Origin: Azolla caroliniana
Taxonomy: Eukaryota > Plantae > Polypodiophyta
Length of the DNA stretch: 64,000 bases
Direction: 5' to 3'
Assembly: GCA_043228905.1 (NCBI GenBank)
Contig: JBHGNT010000022.1
Coordinates: 3,286,001-3,350,000, forward strand
The position numbers and the translations under genes were made by a program. Positions 10,029-24,608 of the stretch are shown in pieces (position 1 is the stretch's first letter; every line of letters begins with the position of its first letter). The notes under the pieces are model-generated. The model was not told where the DNA came from and did no database searches. It saw nothing but the letters and a program-made list of their open reading frames with translations.

Positions 10029-13000
10029 TCTGAAGGCGTTATTTGAGGAGGGTTATAGTATGTAATTGAAAGATGAAAAATACTATTTGAACTTTGGAGG
10101 CATTATATGAAGATGGTTTTGAAGATTGGAAGCGCTAAATTGCCAAGTATAATTTGAAGGCACTATAGGACCTGGAAGTATAGTTTGGAGGCATAAATAT
10201 GGATGATTTGGCGTTGTTATCACGAGCTTGATTAAAAGTTGAACCTGGGAGTACAGGTTAGACTTTATACTCTTTTTTCACTTTTTTTCCTGATATATGC
10301 TCATTATCCTAATTTGGGTAGCTGCATTGAGGTCATTTTTAATCTAAATATGAACAAAGATGATATTATATCTTTATTGATTGGTCTATTGTGCACATAG
10401 ATGGATGAATCTTCTTTATGTTTCCATACTTGAAGTTAAATCACATAGTTTTGTATTGTATTAGTGAATAATTATTTATGAGTATATTATATGTTTCTTA
10501 TGTTATTTGCAAGATAGTGTGTAATGAGATATATATTATATATCCATGTTCTTTGGTGTATTACATGTTTCTTATTAGATCTTTGGTGGTTTAAATGGTG
10601 TGTAGAACTTTTCTTACATTAGTAAAAGTAATCCGCACAATACAGGTAGGCATTTGTTTTCACTGCCCATTATTTTTTCATCTCATTACCTTTTTAGTTC
10701 TTTGTGTGCATGCTAGAGAAATTGCTTACTAATATAACTTCCCTTCAATATTTTATCTAAAGTGAGTGAAGTGTGGGAACTACAGGGTTTCTCTTACAAT
10801 TGGTGGTGGTACTAAACAAGGAATTGTCCTTATTCTTGGTGGTATGCATTAGTGCATTACTACTGTAAATGTGGACATAGATTTATTGACCGGTAGGTCT
10901 GCGGTGACTTTAGATGGTTGTGTAGAAGTTTTGATACAGCCATAAAGGCAATCCGCACAATGACCCACTGGTGTTTGTGTCATTTAATCATGATTATTTG
11001 CTTTTCATGTCATCAAGTTACCGTCCTAATTCTTGGTGGCTTGCATTGGGGGCATTCTCACTGTAAATATGGACGAAGATAAAATTATATCATAGTTTAA
11101 CTGTGGAGAACTTAGATGGGTGTGAACTAGTATATGTGTACATCCATAAAGTTGAACCAAACAGTTGTGATTTATAAATATACGGTGAAAAAATTCCACA
11201 ATGGCCTTAAGAGTTTTTCTCGATTTCCTCAATACCCTGTGTGTGTATGTTTCTCTTGAAAAATACCCTTTTGGCATTTAGGGGAATAAATAAAAACTCA
11301 AATGGGTATTTTGGAGTTCTTCCCTAATATAATATCATATGTAGTATGTATTACTATGTTTCTAATGCACAATATTATATGTTGATATATGTAAAGTATA
11401 TACATACATACAATGCAGAAAATATGTTGAATGTAAAATATATACATACAATATAGCAATGCAGAGAATATGTTCTGCATGTGCATAATGCATGTAATAT
11501 TGTTTGTAAGGTTGTGTCTGCATCTTTCAGTGATAATATAAGAGAGATTTGGATGGTGTTTGAATTTTTGACACATTGAATCTGAAATATTTACAGGGTT
11601 CTTATTATGGAGGCAAGATTTTGGAAACGCTCAGTTGATAACAGATTAGAGGTAATGGTGGCAGTTTCTCTTGTTATGTACTTTATGCTTTCTTTCCAGA
11701 ATTTATCTTTGATGTGCAGTTACTTTTGGATGGTTGGGCAGATCATCGTCTTTCATAATGGAGATGTAGTAAAGTGACAAGTGACACAGCCTAGTTTGCA
11801 CACTCTTATTTATCTGTAACACACAATGTGGGGTTATAACAGGGAATTTTTACTCTTATGATTCAGCTTCTCGAAGCTTTTCTCTGATATTTGTGATATC
11901 CTTGTAATGTTGATTAGCTGAATATGTGATATGGGTTTTATCAATGACTTGGCACCTTATTTTCTGCTGTGTTATGTATAGAAACAAGTGCAAATTTTCT
12001 GCACTGATTTTATCTTCTTTTGTCCAAGCATAGAAATGAGTATGTACAAATGTTAGACGTGTGATTTTGTCCCGTGGTCCTCAAACATAGAAATGAGGAC
12101 AATAGTTCCGGTGCTCGTCTTTTTCATGCATATAAATGAGTAAACATTTCTTTGTCCCAAAAAACAAAAAAATGGTAATTTTTAGATGGTAAATAAGTAA
12201 ATAAAGTGGAAATTAGGGAAATGAGCCATTTGTTCTCAAAGCAATATATCTAATGCATAGAAAGGTAGGTAAATTAAAAGGGCATTTCTTCTCTTTTTGA
12301 GTCATCTGCAAGTAGCCAATAATGGCACAATAATGACTTGGATGAAATTTATGGAACGGTTTGGAGAGATATTCTACCATATGTAGGGGGATAATATGCC
12401 CCAATGGGTTGCTTCCTTTTACTTACATAGAACACTTTGGAGAGATATATTTTACCAGATGTATGTAGGGGGTATCAAGCAAGTGCAGTAACTCATGGCT
12501 CTTTATAGTTCTCATTTTACGGTGTCAAGTAATGGTACTCATGACTCTTTATGATTCCCTGGAGGTATCATTTTATGGTCAAGCAAGTGTCATACTCTTA
12601 AACATGCACTCTGAATGAAATTGACTTTCACATGTGAAGCATGACAACTCCCTCTACATGTGAATCCACTGCCATGATGCCATTAGAGAACATATGGATA
12701 TTGTCAAGAGAGTGAACCTACAATATTTGCCAAATTTGAAATGTACATATAGATATTCTTCATTAACTTTTCTGCATTGAGGTACTCTTCCATATATTTC
12801 ATATGATCTTGTTTTCCCAACACTTGCATTTTCGATTTCGTAGTGATGCAAAGTGATCATGACATTGTTTTATTGTAACCTGAATATACAAAACTGCTTC
12901 CAACTCCATATATTGATGCAGCATAGTAAAGACATAATCAGAAACCTTCGTTCTTTTACAGTCATCTGTTCAGCCTCCATACCAATTCCCTCAGGCACTA

Positions 13001-14559
13001 TGCAGTGGGTACTTCAGATTGCATAAAGTAGCTGATGTGATTATTAATGCAGGTTGTGGCATATTTCACAATGCAAAACTCCATGAAGACATTAATATAT
13101 CTTTCTTTCTTAGTCTCTTAACCATAAATAAAGGGTGACCAGTGACCCATGTAATATCACCATAACATGGTCAATACATAATGTATGTATTGAACAATTG
13201 CTCCATTTTTTCTCTGAATCTCGTTGCTATGCCCCAATACCATAGGAGGCAGTACGGTTGCAAAGTAAATAAGGTAATAGGAAATTTAGGAAACTTTAAT
13301 ATCACATGCATACATAATTGTTCAACCAATTGTGTCCATAATCATAGTACACCAAGGTATATGGTTGACCACCAAAGGTACCATATTGATGAGCTACATG
13401 AATACAGTAACCTACCACTTAACAAAGTACCTAACTATGAGATTCAATGTCTTCATTCTTACGCATATGAAATTCCTATCATGCAATGTATACAATACAC
13501 AGTGTTGACACTGCACATTAGGGATATGTTCAAGCGACAACATCTATGGTAGGTGTTTGGAGAGTTAAAACAAAAGACATAAAATCATCGTCGTGTGCAT
13601 TAGTTGGGAGACATTATGGAAATGAAAGCATGTGTGAGCAATGGTGAGGAGAATGAAACTGTTGATGGGGTTGGGATAGGGTGTTGATGGGGTCACCAAG
13701 TGATAATGGGTGGGGGGTGGAGCCTTGCTCCCAAGGGGTTGAGCGTGAGGGGGGAGGGGAGAGAGATTAGAGAGGAAGAATTATTGTTATTATCATCCCA
13801 TGTGGGGTTATATAGTACAGGCGGATTACACATCAACGTTATACATAGGGGTACATACCCCTCTATCCAATCACACACCCAACTCACTCATACTTTTTCA
13901 TATCTACACACATGCACACACATGTGCATGTGTTCACATACGAATATCCTTACTCTTGTGCACATTACAAATACACTTAAGACAATACTTTTCACACAAA
14001 GGCTCTCACTCATCCATTCCCGTAGCTCTCGTACGGATAAGAAAAACATGGAGTATAGGTATGTGCTGTGACTCAAGTGGAGACAGTTGAGGACAAGGGG
14101 GATGTAAGAAGAAGTAAATAGGCCCTAAAAACGGGAATGGCCAAAAAGAAAAATACGTAGAAAATGGAGCTTACAAAGGAGCACAAGCCTACAAAATTAT
14201 ATACGTCGATGTACACATGCAAGAATTTGAAAATGGACATAGATGAATAACATCAATGTGCTGGAATATGTAGCTTACAATGAATGAACTACATTCAAAA
14301 ACAATTTCAGCTGCAATGCCATTGATGTTTTTCTCTTAATCAGGTGTAATCGCACATATTCAGGTGCCGATGTAGATTCATGAAGATAAAAATTTCACCC
14401 AACAAGGTTCCATTTTCACTAACCCCTGATATGCAGATAAAAATAATGAACACTTTAAAAGGAGACTTACATGTAGCTAAACAATTCAAGATCAGAAGTT
14501 TTTTGTATGAAAGCTAAATTATTATATACAAATGCAAAATCATCACCTGTCTGTTATAA

Positions 14560-17500
14560 TTACTCATTACATATGCACTCCCGGAATGACTCTGATAAGA
14601 GCTCCTTGTTCAAGCTCTTACCTGCATGACGCTCACCAAGTTACAGAAACTCAGGTACATTAAAAGGTAAAAGTGATCAATATTAATGCTCAAAAAAATG
14701 CTTCTAACCAATAAAGACAATCTTGTTGATTTGCTTCTCATCAACTCCCCATTTCTGCACTGGTACAATTTCATAGATATCTCGAACTGCCTGGACAATA
14801 AACGCAAACTAGAAATTGAATCGAAATTTTGATCTTGAAAACATGAATTATTTTCCAGGGCAAATAGCTCGCAAATGAAAGTTACTTGTATACACCATGT
14901 CTTTAACCTGGAGCATGTGTGACTGATCAGAACCATGTATATTCAAAACTCCTTTAGCTCGAAGAATTTCAACACCTTGTTGTTCCCATAGTAGTTGCTC
15001 CAACCACTCTTTCACCTACGTGGAACCAAACATTGACATGAGTTCACAATTCATCTTCATAAAGCTAAAGTTTTCTTTTCATCAAAACACAGGCCCAAAG
15101 TTTGATCATACCTTGTCTAGATAAGCTTTACCAATTTCAGTTATACAGACAGTGATCACTTTCACATTGTGATAATCCGGATTCGAACTTGAATCAGCCA
15201 GATCCAAAGGTATACTCTTGCTGGAAAATTGCTATCATAGATAAAGAGGTGTTTAAGTTTTCATGTTATGAGTCTTCCGAAGAGAAAGAAGATAAGAGTA
15301 GAGTTGAGGTATATGCAATTTCACCTCTCTATCATATGCTCTGCATTCAAGAATTTCACTCCAGTTAACCCGGCAGTGTTCCGTTCGAACTATCTTTGCC
15401 AAAGAATTTATTTGATGGATTTCATTCTCTAAATCACTGATTCTTTGTGCTATACTGCCTTCATCCACCTTTCCAAGCGAATCAATCTTGTTGACAATCA
15501 CAACATCCTGCAATATTGACTTACAGTCAATAATAACTGAACAAAAAAGCAAATCGCTAGCTACAAGCACATTTCTGTTATTGGATAAGCACATGCCCCA
15601 GACTTGGCAGAGGATTAATCTTTAATGAGTCAATAATAACAGAACAAAAATGCAAATCGCTAGCTACAAGCACACCTCTGTTATTGGATAAGCACATGCC
15701 CCAGACTTGGCAGAGGATTAAACTTTAATGAGTCAATAATAACAGAACAAAAAAGTAAATCGCTAGCTACAAGCACACTGCTGCTCTAAAAAGCAAAAAA
15801 TACCTTTGGAAGCTCCAAATTACAATCAGTGTATCTGTGGTCCAACTCCAAACAAAATAAAATATCACAACTCTTATGCTACGCTAAACAAAAATATATT
15901 TGGGATAGACGCATACATTTAAAAGAGATTCTGTATTAATGAAACTAATGATGACTTCTTTGCAATTTTATAACATTTGCGACCAGATCACATTAGAGAC
16001 TTTTCCTAACCGCATACGCTATCTGCAGGAATGCCTCCGATATTTTCCCCGATTCTTTTTGCTCATGCAACTGGTAATTGAAGTTCTTTGCATCCACAAC
16101 CTGTAATAGCACCAGGGAATGAATAAAGTCAAATTCTCTATTTGACATATTCGTACCTACTACTTAGATAATAAAGCTTCCATTTTTTTTAGATGTAAAC
16201 CGTAATTATTGAATTGATGTAAATTGTTGACTCCAGTTCATCATCAACCCATAAGGCTGAAACTATTGCGCCAGGGTTAGCAAGGCCTGTTGTTTCTAGC
16301 AAGATATGATCAAATCTGCCACCCAAAGTAAGAATAAGAAATCCATTGCGAGCTAGCAAAAAAATACAACATTCTGAAATTATCTTTTTGATGTCTGACA
16401 CATAATTTAATGTTTCTCAGTCTCAGTTCCATGCTAAATCAATGTCTAGTGCTTACAGATAAGCGGAATAAAACAATTGATAGGCCAAGTATCGAGATTG
16501 TTGATAAAGATTGGCATCATGTAAAGGGTAAGTCAAAGGGGAAATCAATGAATATGCGACATAATAATGTGCCCACAACTCGTCATACTACTTATCAAGG
16601 TAGTTCAGGAACAAGAAAGGGGCCTCAGAAAGCTCCTTGACAATGACAATTTAGAGAGAAAAAATTATCCCTTCAACTTCAATTTGATTCATTGGGATGG
16701 GTTGTAAATCCATTGAACCCTCGAGGTTCTCGTCAAGTGGGAGGACCTAAATAAAAGGTTTTTGTAGATGGCCCTGGGGATGTGGTGCATGAAAACCCAT
16801 ATGCAACATCAGAACACGCTTTGATTAGTTTCATGGCATCAGTTGCTCTAAGGAGCAAATGCACCCATAATATCATTGTGAGAGGGGGCATATCCTCATA
16901 AGAAGAATGTATTATGAAAAACTTTGTTTAGTAGAGAATGGGATATATTATGTGCAGTTGGTTCAGCATAAGTGTCATGAGTTAGCAGGGTCTACAATTT
17001 ATTTACATGGACATTCATCAATCCATGCAAGATATCTTAGTAACCATAACTCAGGTGTGGTGTTAATTGTGCGGGATAAGTATTATCCTCAAGTTGTGTA
17101 TAATGATCCTTTTGATTGGTCTTTGATTGGTCTTTGATTATAGGAATCTTCAACTGTTTAAAGCCTTCTCACTTCCACTTTTCCAAGATTATTCTCTCTT
17201 ATTCCTCATTTATTGTACCTGATCAGTAGTACAAGAGTCACTTAACTACCAAACAACCACTTCACCCAAGTTCCCCGAATTTGTATACCAGCCTCTTTAA
17301 TAAGAACTTTTATTTTCTCTACACTTTGGTTGTGTCGCTACTTTTTGCAACTATTTTGCTTTGTTGTCTAACAGACTTCTCACAGCTTGGCTGTATCTAT
17401 TTTTTTCTTCTAACTGTTTCGCTGCTGCTACTAACATCTTTTCTCACATTGTATCAGAGCTATGAGGTCTCTATAGCCTCAGCCTGATTTTTGCCTAAGA

Positions 17501-20500
17501 GCACACAACCCTATCTTCTTTTATCCCATTCTCCCACCCTTAAGAGGTATGTTCTTTTCTTTGCAACCTCCCTCCCCACCCTAAAGAGGAGGTTCTCTTA
17601 GCTTGGTATGACAAAATTGATGCATTCTTTCTCTCTCCTGGGTTTCAGCACTATTATGCTGACAATAATCTCTATGTCTTTTACCAAGATGATTTGTTAT
17701 GCTTCTAATTACAAGGTCCCCTCCTAAAATACAGCACCTCCACACTGACCTCAAAACCACTTGAAAAGACTGATTTAGAACTTCTCTGTTACTTCTTCGG
17801 TATGAAGGTCTGTAAATCACATGGTGGTATCTTCCTCGGCCAACATAGGTATCTCATGCCATTTCTTAAAACCTATGGCATGTCAAATTGCAAGCCACTC
17901 TCATGTCCCATGGATCCAAACTCAAAGGTATCTCATGAAGATGATTCGCCCATATTTGAAGAAATCACAAAATATAGAACGTTAATTGGGTCTCTTCTTT
18001 ACTTAACTTACACCAACCCTAATTTGTTCTATAATGTGAGTACTCTCAGCCAATTCTCAAGTGCTCCAACACAAAGTCATTTGCAAGCAACTATTCATGT
18101 TCTTAGGTATTTGGCCACATACTCAAATATGGTTTCTTTTCCTAAGGTCAGGCTTTAAGCTTGTTGGCTCTTCCAACATAGATTGGGCAAGTGACATTGA
18201 TTCTACACATTCCACATCCGGCTATTGCTTTGTGCTAGGCTCAAGCTTAATTTCTATTTCTTGGAAATCAAAGAAGCAAAATTCTATTTCTACTTCATGG
18301 ACCGAAGTTGAATATCAAGCCTATTTGGATACATGTTATGAGTTGCTTTGGCTAATGTAATGCTCTGTCACATTGGGTGTTGCATCTCAATCTACAAAAC
18401 ATTCAATCATGGATGATCTTGAGCAAATTGCTTGGGTTGTGGAGGTTCTTAACTTGGATGTAAGGACATGGTTGCATGGCAATGATCCAAGATTTACCTT
18501 CCAATTTGCATAACATAGACAAACATCTGTGGAGTTTCTTAATTTGGATGTATGGACATGGTTGCATGGAAATGATCCAAGACTTACCTTCCAATTTGCA
18601 TAACATACATAGACATGGAGTTGGCTAGATAGAATGTATGTGATGCATAATAATTTCTTTTTACCAACATCACTTCGTATAACAATCCAATGAGATGTGG
18701 AATTTTCAAACCACCTCCCTATTTGTTTGGAAATGTGCAATCATGCAATTGACATGTATAAATCCTTACTTGGAAATCCTCCATTATGCTTTCACTCTTC
18801 TCTTTTGTTCAACCTCACTTTGATTCTCTTATGGATCAAAATTTGGTGAATTTTTCACAACAAGTGGATAATAAGGGAGTAAAGGCATGGATACAACTTT
18901 AGAAATATTAAGATCATTCATCATATGTATGGGTTTACCAATGCCCAACAACAATGGGATCTCACAAGTGCTCTCTAGGTGTAATGCATTATTGATACAT
19001 CCACCATTAGATGAGGAGCTTTTGGATATCCGAAGTCAATTGCAAGTCATTATTCTCAATTGAAATGTCAAAGTTATTGTTATGTCAAGATATGACAACT
19101 AAAGGATGGGCTCATAGATAATCAAAGTCAACCTCATTTGTTTTTCCAAAGCGAGCTAGCAAAAAAATACAAATGAAGTTTTTTTAGGCAATATTTCCAC
19201 ATTTTAAAGGGGCCCCTAACTTTGATGTTTCAACATTGTTGGGATTCTCGTTTTATGCCCAAGCATGGAAGGTTGGTCTCATTACATTAGTTTTGAAGTT
19301 GGCATCCAGAGTCATTTCACTAGTGGCGACCTATTCCTTTGATGGGGGTTTTGTATAATATATTTACAAAGGACTTGGCAAATAGATTACAAAGGTAGTT
19401 GCCAAAGTTGATACATCCCGCCCAATATAGTTTCAATGCAGGTAGGAACATATTGTATAATGTGTTGAATGTTCAAATGGCCATAGATTATGCATGACAC
19501 ACTCATCAAAATTTGATTAACGTGCAATTAGATTTGAAGAGAGCTTATGATCATGTTAAGTGGTCCTTTGTTTTGGAGTTAATGCATACAATGGGCTTTG
19601 GACCATGTATGTGTCACATCTCATATTTTTATTAGGATAAGATGTTGGGATTACATCAAATATTGCTCTCACGAGATTTGTTCATCAAGGATGCCCAATT
19701 AGCTCATTGTTGTTTGCTATTGTTACTCATCCCTTATTGGTGACTAGCAACTAATGGTGACATTGTGAGCTTACACCTTCCATCTGGGTGGCAATTGATA
19801 GTGTAAGCTTTGGCAGATGATTCTTTCATGTTTCTATAAGCCTCGCATGACAATCTTGGGAAAGCGATGCTCATATGGAACCAATTTACATTGGCAATTG
19901 GATTGCATATTAATTGGAGAAAGGGATCTAAGATGGCAAGGATCAGATAAATATAATCATGATAAACCCCAAGTTGTCAATTTATCCCCACAAGCATTCT
20001 TAGAGTGCACATTTTGTGATAGCGCCCCAAATGAGAAGTAGCTATGGTGCAACCCGGCCATGTGGGTCAATAATGTGTCAATGTAGGAAACCATAGATGA
20101 CTAGGATAGAATGTATTTAGGAAAAAGGGAAGTAGGGTAATAGGATGGAATAGTCAAGTCGACTAGAAGAATATTTTGTGGGCAAGTTAAGATGTACTTA
20201 GGCTTGAAGTATGTGCCATTGACTTTAAGATAAGTACTATCTAGCACTAGCTTCTATCTAGGGAGCTAGATCATATTAAATATCATGTCAATCGACAAAA
20301 AAGAAATATCCCCATTACCATCAATTGATTTACACATTAAAGGCAACATTGAGACCAAACAAAGAATATAATCCACTCTCTCTATCTCTTACCAAGTGGC
20401 TGTGATTATTATCTGTCCCCACTAATTTTGTAGTCAACTGGTCTACATCCCATCTAAGCTCTAAGGTGTGAGCACGTGTGGACTACCATTGCGAGCTACT

Positions 20501-23386
20501 CTCATATGTAATAGAAAGTTTATTTTCATAAATACATCTCTATGATTATAGCTCCATATGCCTATCTAATCGATTCTCAATCTTTTTAACAGGATCTATG
20601 GTTAGAAAAGTATTTTTCGACACTTAGGGGTATCTATTGGTTATGAATGAGACGAATGGCCAATTCATTGAATGGATGTCTAGCAAGTTAATGGATAAGC
20701 TCATGTATTGGAAGTCACAATCTTGGCCATTTAGTGTATGCCTAAGCTTTGCATTTTGTTTTGCAACCTCTTCGATATTTTTTGTGGAGAAAAAGAGATA
20801 AGATGGGAATCACATGGTTTGTATGGAACAATCTAGCAACTCCTAAGCATTGAGAGGGAGTGGGAACGACAATATGAGACTTACCTATGCATATTATGGC
20901 TCATATATTTTCGTTCTTGCAAGACATGTGTTCAAACTCACAACCATGGATATCTATTGCCCAATATTTCATTGAGAATGATGGCATCATGGACAATTAT
21001 TGGGTGGATGTAGTCCACTTAAGATTCCCCACTATTCATGTGCAAAACACTTGGTTGTCTCATGGCATGTAGCACTCTTGTTATTTCTATGGAAACCATT
21101 ATCTAGTAAAGAGCATTGTAATTCTCTGTAAAAATTGTTGCACGTGTCTTTTCGGTTATCATGTTGAACTAGAACAGAGAGATTGCACTCTTAGGTTTAA
21201 TCACTTGTTTCGTTTGGAAGTCAAAGAGGTTGAGGCTTAATCTCAAAGAATATTGGAGTTTGTTGAAGCACGACAATCATTATGTATTCTACCCAATTAT
21301 TTATTTATCTAGCAACAACTACAAAATATAACATTGTTGCAAGGTCCTTTACCTCTACAAATCATAGAGAAACCATGGTTTGATAGGAATTTACAGGAAC
21401 ACACATCATTGAGTTTCTAGTGTTATTGTTCCATTGAGTTTCTTCGATGGCTATCATCTAAGGCTGCCCAATTATTTATTTATCTAGCAACATCTACAAA
21501 ATAATTGGGCAGATGTAAGGAAGGTCTTCATTCACAAAGTTTTGATTGGGAATTTGCCTTTGGTATTATCTCTAAAGCAATATGACAGCACGCAATTACT
21601 TCTTTTAAATTGTTCAAGTGGGAGATAGAACTCATCGTTTCTTATGATGTTTGATTGCTTGTCAAATCTAGAGTTACATTTCTACAATTCGACAAGCTTT
21701 GTCATGGTGTATTTAACTCCAAGTGGGTGGGTGTTGGCACAATTAATACAATTGACCCAAAATCAAAGATGGAGATTGTTTCCCTATTTCTAAGATATTA
21801 GGGATTGCATCATAATTGGGATGTGCACAATGCTTTTATATTTGATGGTAGGCATAGAATCAAAGCATATCTACAAAAGTTGAAAGGGGTACTAATATGA
21901 CAATTTTCCTTATTGGGGCAAATAAAAATTGTTTCCTCGGTGGAGTCTTTGTCTTGCCCATTGGCAATTCAATATGCTTCATTGCTCGTGTAGTGATGAC
22001 CATACTCCACATGGTACACATTGTAAGTAGTGTTTTTCACACACATTTTTCAAAATAATTCTGTTTTCACCAAGAGAGAGAGAGAGAGAGAGAATAGAAT
22101 ACAAAATTTTATCTTCTATGATGAGGCCAATTTTGTCCTATGGGACTAAATAAACATATCATCTTGTTGTGACTCCTTCCTAAGAAGGGTATTACTAAGA
22201 ATTTTGACCTATGGAACCAAGAACTCTCGATGTGAAAATAATGCATGCACACATGTGCCCACCCTTCTCGGTGGAAATTTGGGTATGACACTCACATTAT
22301 CATGCCCATTTAGCAGAGAGAGAATGTAAGACAAATTGAGAGATAAAGAATAAGGAATGCACACGACACACCATAAAGGAAGGAGGGGGAGGAGGAGGAA
22401 AAGCAAGAAAGACGAAGAAGCAAAAGGAGAAAGAAGGAGGAAGACCATAAGACAAACAAAGAGACAACGAATAGAGCATGCACACAACACGCCACAAAGG
22501 AAGGAGGAGGAGGAGGAGGAAAAGCAAGAAAGAAGGAGAAGCAAAAGAAGGAAGAAGTAAGGAGTAATAGTGCAAATTAACTATACTTGTCTTGATGCTC
22601 GGCCAACTGTTCAAGTGCTTGAAGAAGACTATGTTTTACACTGCAACACACACAACCATTGGGTAGCTCAATCCACTCTTCAAAAAGGCTCTCCTCTTGG
22701 CCTCGATTAACTGCCAACTTTTCTATGCCAAGCGCCTCCCCAAATTCATTAAGTATAACTGCGATCCTTAGGCCATGTTGCTCTTTCAGTATATAATTCA
22801 CAAGCTGCAAAGGATGAAGAAATTTGCCAATGAGGATGAAAAAAAAAAACTTGAAACCCAAAACCTAAACCACAAACTGTTATCTTTCTCTATGCCTAGC
22901 ACCTGCTGAACTTGTTAAATAGAATGGCAATCTCTAAAGCATTTTGTTCAAAAACACTAAACCCAGAATATCATAAGATATATTGGCAATTTGAAGGCAT
23001 AATTAGATAAGCAAGTTCTCATGAAGAAAAAACACCCAAACCTAGATCCAAAGGATTTTTGAACATATTCTCTTTTGGAAAAGTTCTCATGAACAAGAGG
23101 GAAGTTCCTAAAGCCTAGAATTGTATAGGAAGCCCTAACTCTATCCCTAACCCCAAACCCAACCAACCGCTAGCTCTAGACCCTAACTCTAATCACTTAA
23201 TCCTTAAAAAACCCACAAATGCAGTTCAAAAACGTGAATTCAACGGAAGACAAGAGAGCTGAGAGATCATACCGTCGTTTTGCCAGAGCCGAGATAACCA
23301 GTGATGACTGTGACTCCTGTTGATGCCTTTTGAGGAGCATGATGTCCTTGCAGAGGCACGGCAACAGGAATCTCTTCTTCTTCCAT
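14560..23386 (-). CDS. ZNG1: COG0523/CobW-domain Zn-regulated GTPase metalloprotein activator (ZNG1/CBWD-like), multi-exon
   Basis: exon 23386-23273 [12 protein letters not shown]...[14 protein letters not shown]; 22804-22587 IAVILNEFG...NGCVCCSVK; from 16315 [14 protein letters not shown]; VVDAK; DVVIVNKID; 15015-14908 LRAKGVL; 14790-14709 KIVFIG; last exon stop at 14560; canonical splice sites. Confidence 0.9.
15525..15778. repeat. intronic 103-bp tandem repeat (~2.5 copies)
   Basis: AAATCGCTAGCTACAAGCAC recurs at 15551, 15654 and 15757. Confidence 0.9.
17000..18390 (+). mobile_element. Copia remnant inside ZNG1 intron 2 (LTR end/PBS-like site plus RT-RNaseH fragment)
   Basis: CA-TTGTATCAGAGC PBS-like site at ~17449; peptides [28 protein letters not shown]; left boundary approximate. 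Confidence 0.75.
18438..18612. repeat. 90-bp tandem duplication
   Basis: TGTGGAG...GCATAACATA at 18438 and 18528. Confidence 0.85.
19480..21950 (+). mobile_element. degenerate L1-type LINE reverse transcriptase remnant in ZNG1 intron 2
   Basis: peptides RAYDHVKW.F...GFG (~19540), [12 protein letters not shown] (~19680), ADDSF (~19813); many stops; boundaries approximate. Confidence 0.65.
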
Positions 23387-23507
23387 ATTAGAAATTCAAA
23401 AAAGAGAGGATGAATTGCCTCACATAATTCTTGAGGGGAAAGACAGTGTTCTGAATCAACCAAAGTAAGAATAAAATGAAAACACACACAAAGCGCCCAG
23501 AAATCGG

Positions 23508-23800
23508 CAATGGTTCAGTTTGAACTGGACTGAACCGTGAAACCGCAGCTTGACGGTTTAATGGTTTAAACAGTTCAGTTCAGTTCAAGTTCAGGTTTTT
23601 TTAACCGTTCGAATTGGTTCGATTCAAACAGTTTGAATCCGTGGTTTAAATGGTTTAAGGTCATCACTTGAAATTTGTTTTCTTAAACATTTTTCTGAAC
23701 AACCTTTTCATTTAAGCGTAATTCTTGACATTTTAGGGGAAATTTTTTTAATTTGAGCTATAACTTGAAAACCGAAACTGAACCACGAAACTGCACGGAT
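23508..23800. mobile_element. hAT-type MITE remnant immediately upstream of ZNG1
   Basis: dense AACCG/CGGTT and GAAC/GTTC subterminal-type motifs in both orientations; no clean TIR or TSD resolved. Confidence 0.45.
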
Positions 23801-24608
23801 CTTACTAGGGGTACATCTTTTTAAGGGGGCCTTAATGTAATACGAGATGTGTCATGCACTTACCTACACACCATGCCTTCAATCAAGGGTTGGAGACTTA
23901 TTTACTAGTCCTTGCCTCTCTCTTTTTTAGTGTAATATTGCACTTTAAGGTCCTTTAACACCCAACCCCTCGATATGTTTACCATGGCTAAATCATGTAC
24001 ATGCCCACAACATCCTTTGATTCTTTCCACACTAATGTGTTGTTAACATATTATTTCTAAAACCACCCTTAGAGATACGAAGTAATGCTTATTTATGTCT
24101 CTAGACTCTTGAAGTAAAGTATGCACAATAAACAACTCATGAGTCTAAAAAGAGGTTATGAGTGGACAAAGCTACTAGGTTACAATCCTTTATCTCATGC
24201 CTACTTTTTGATAGATCAAGAACCATATTAGTCTTATTCATTACTCTTCCAGCAGAAAATAGGAAATGTATAATTACCCACAACATTGTTGTGCATTCCA
24301 AAGAATAGTCCTCCATATAAACAAGAGTTTCTTATTACATTATGAAAATACCATTACATTTCGAGTATAGAACGCAAAAAATGGTCTTTCAACATTATCA
24401 AAATGTGGATAAATGAATTGATCACTTTCATATATAACTTTGATGAATAGTGATTAGTCTCTCTCAAAAAAATTGAAGGTAATGAATTAATCACTTGATA
24501 TATATAACTTCGATTATCAGTGATTAGTTCTATTAATATTTCAGAACGGACAAAATGCATTCATAGCTCTTGGTAAATATAAAGACACAAGAATCGATTC
24601 ATGGCATC

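Noticed and set aside
10250-11760. Extra spliced 3' UTR exons of DPH1 (donor ~10257, exon-like 11597-11651)
   Set aside because: Splice-like motifs only; cannot be supported without transcripts
13660-14070. LTR-like segment starting TGTTGATGGGG
   Set aside because: No defined 3' terminus, TSD or partner
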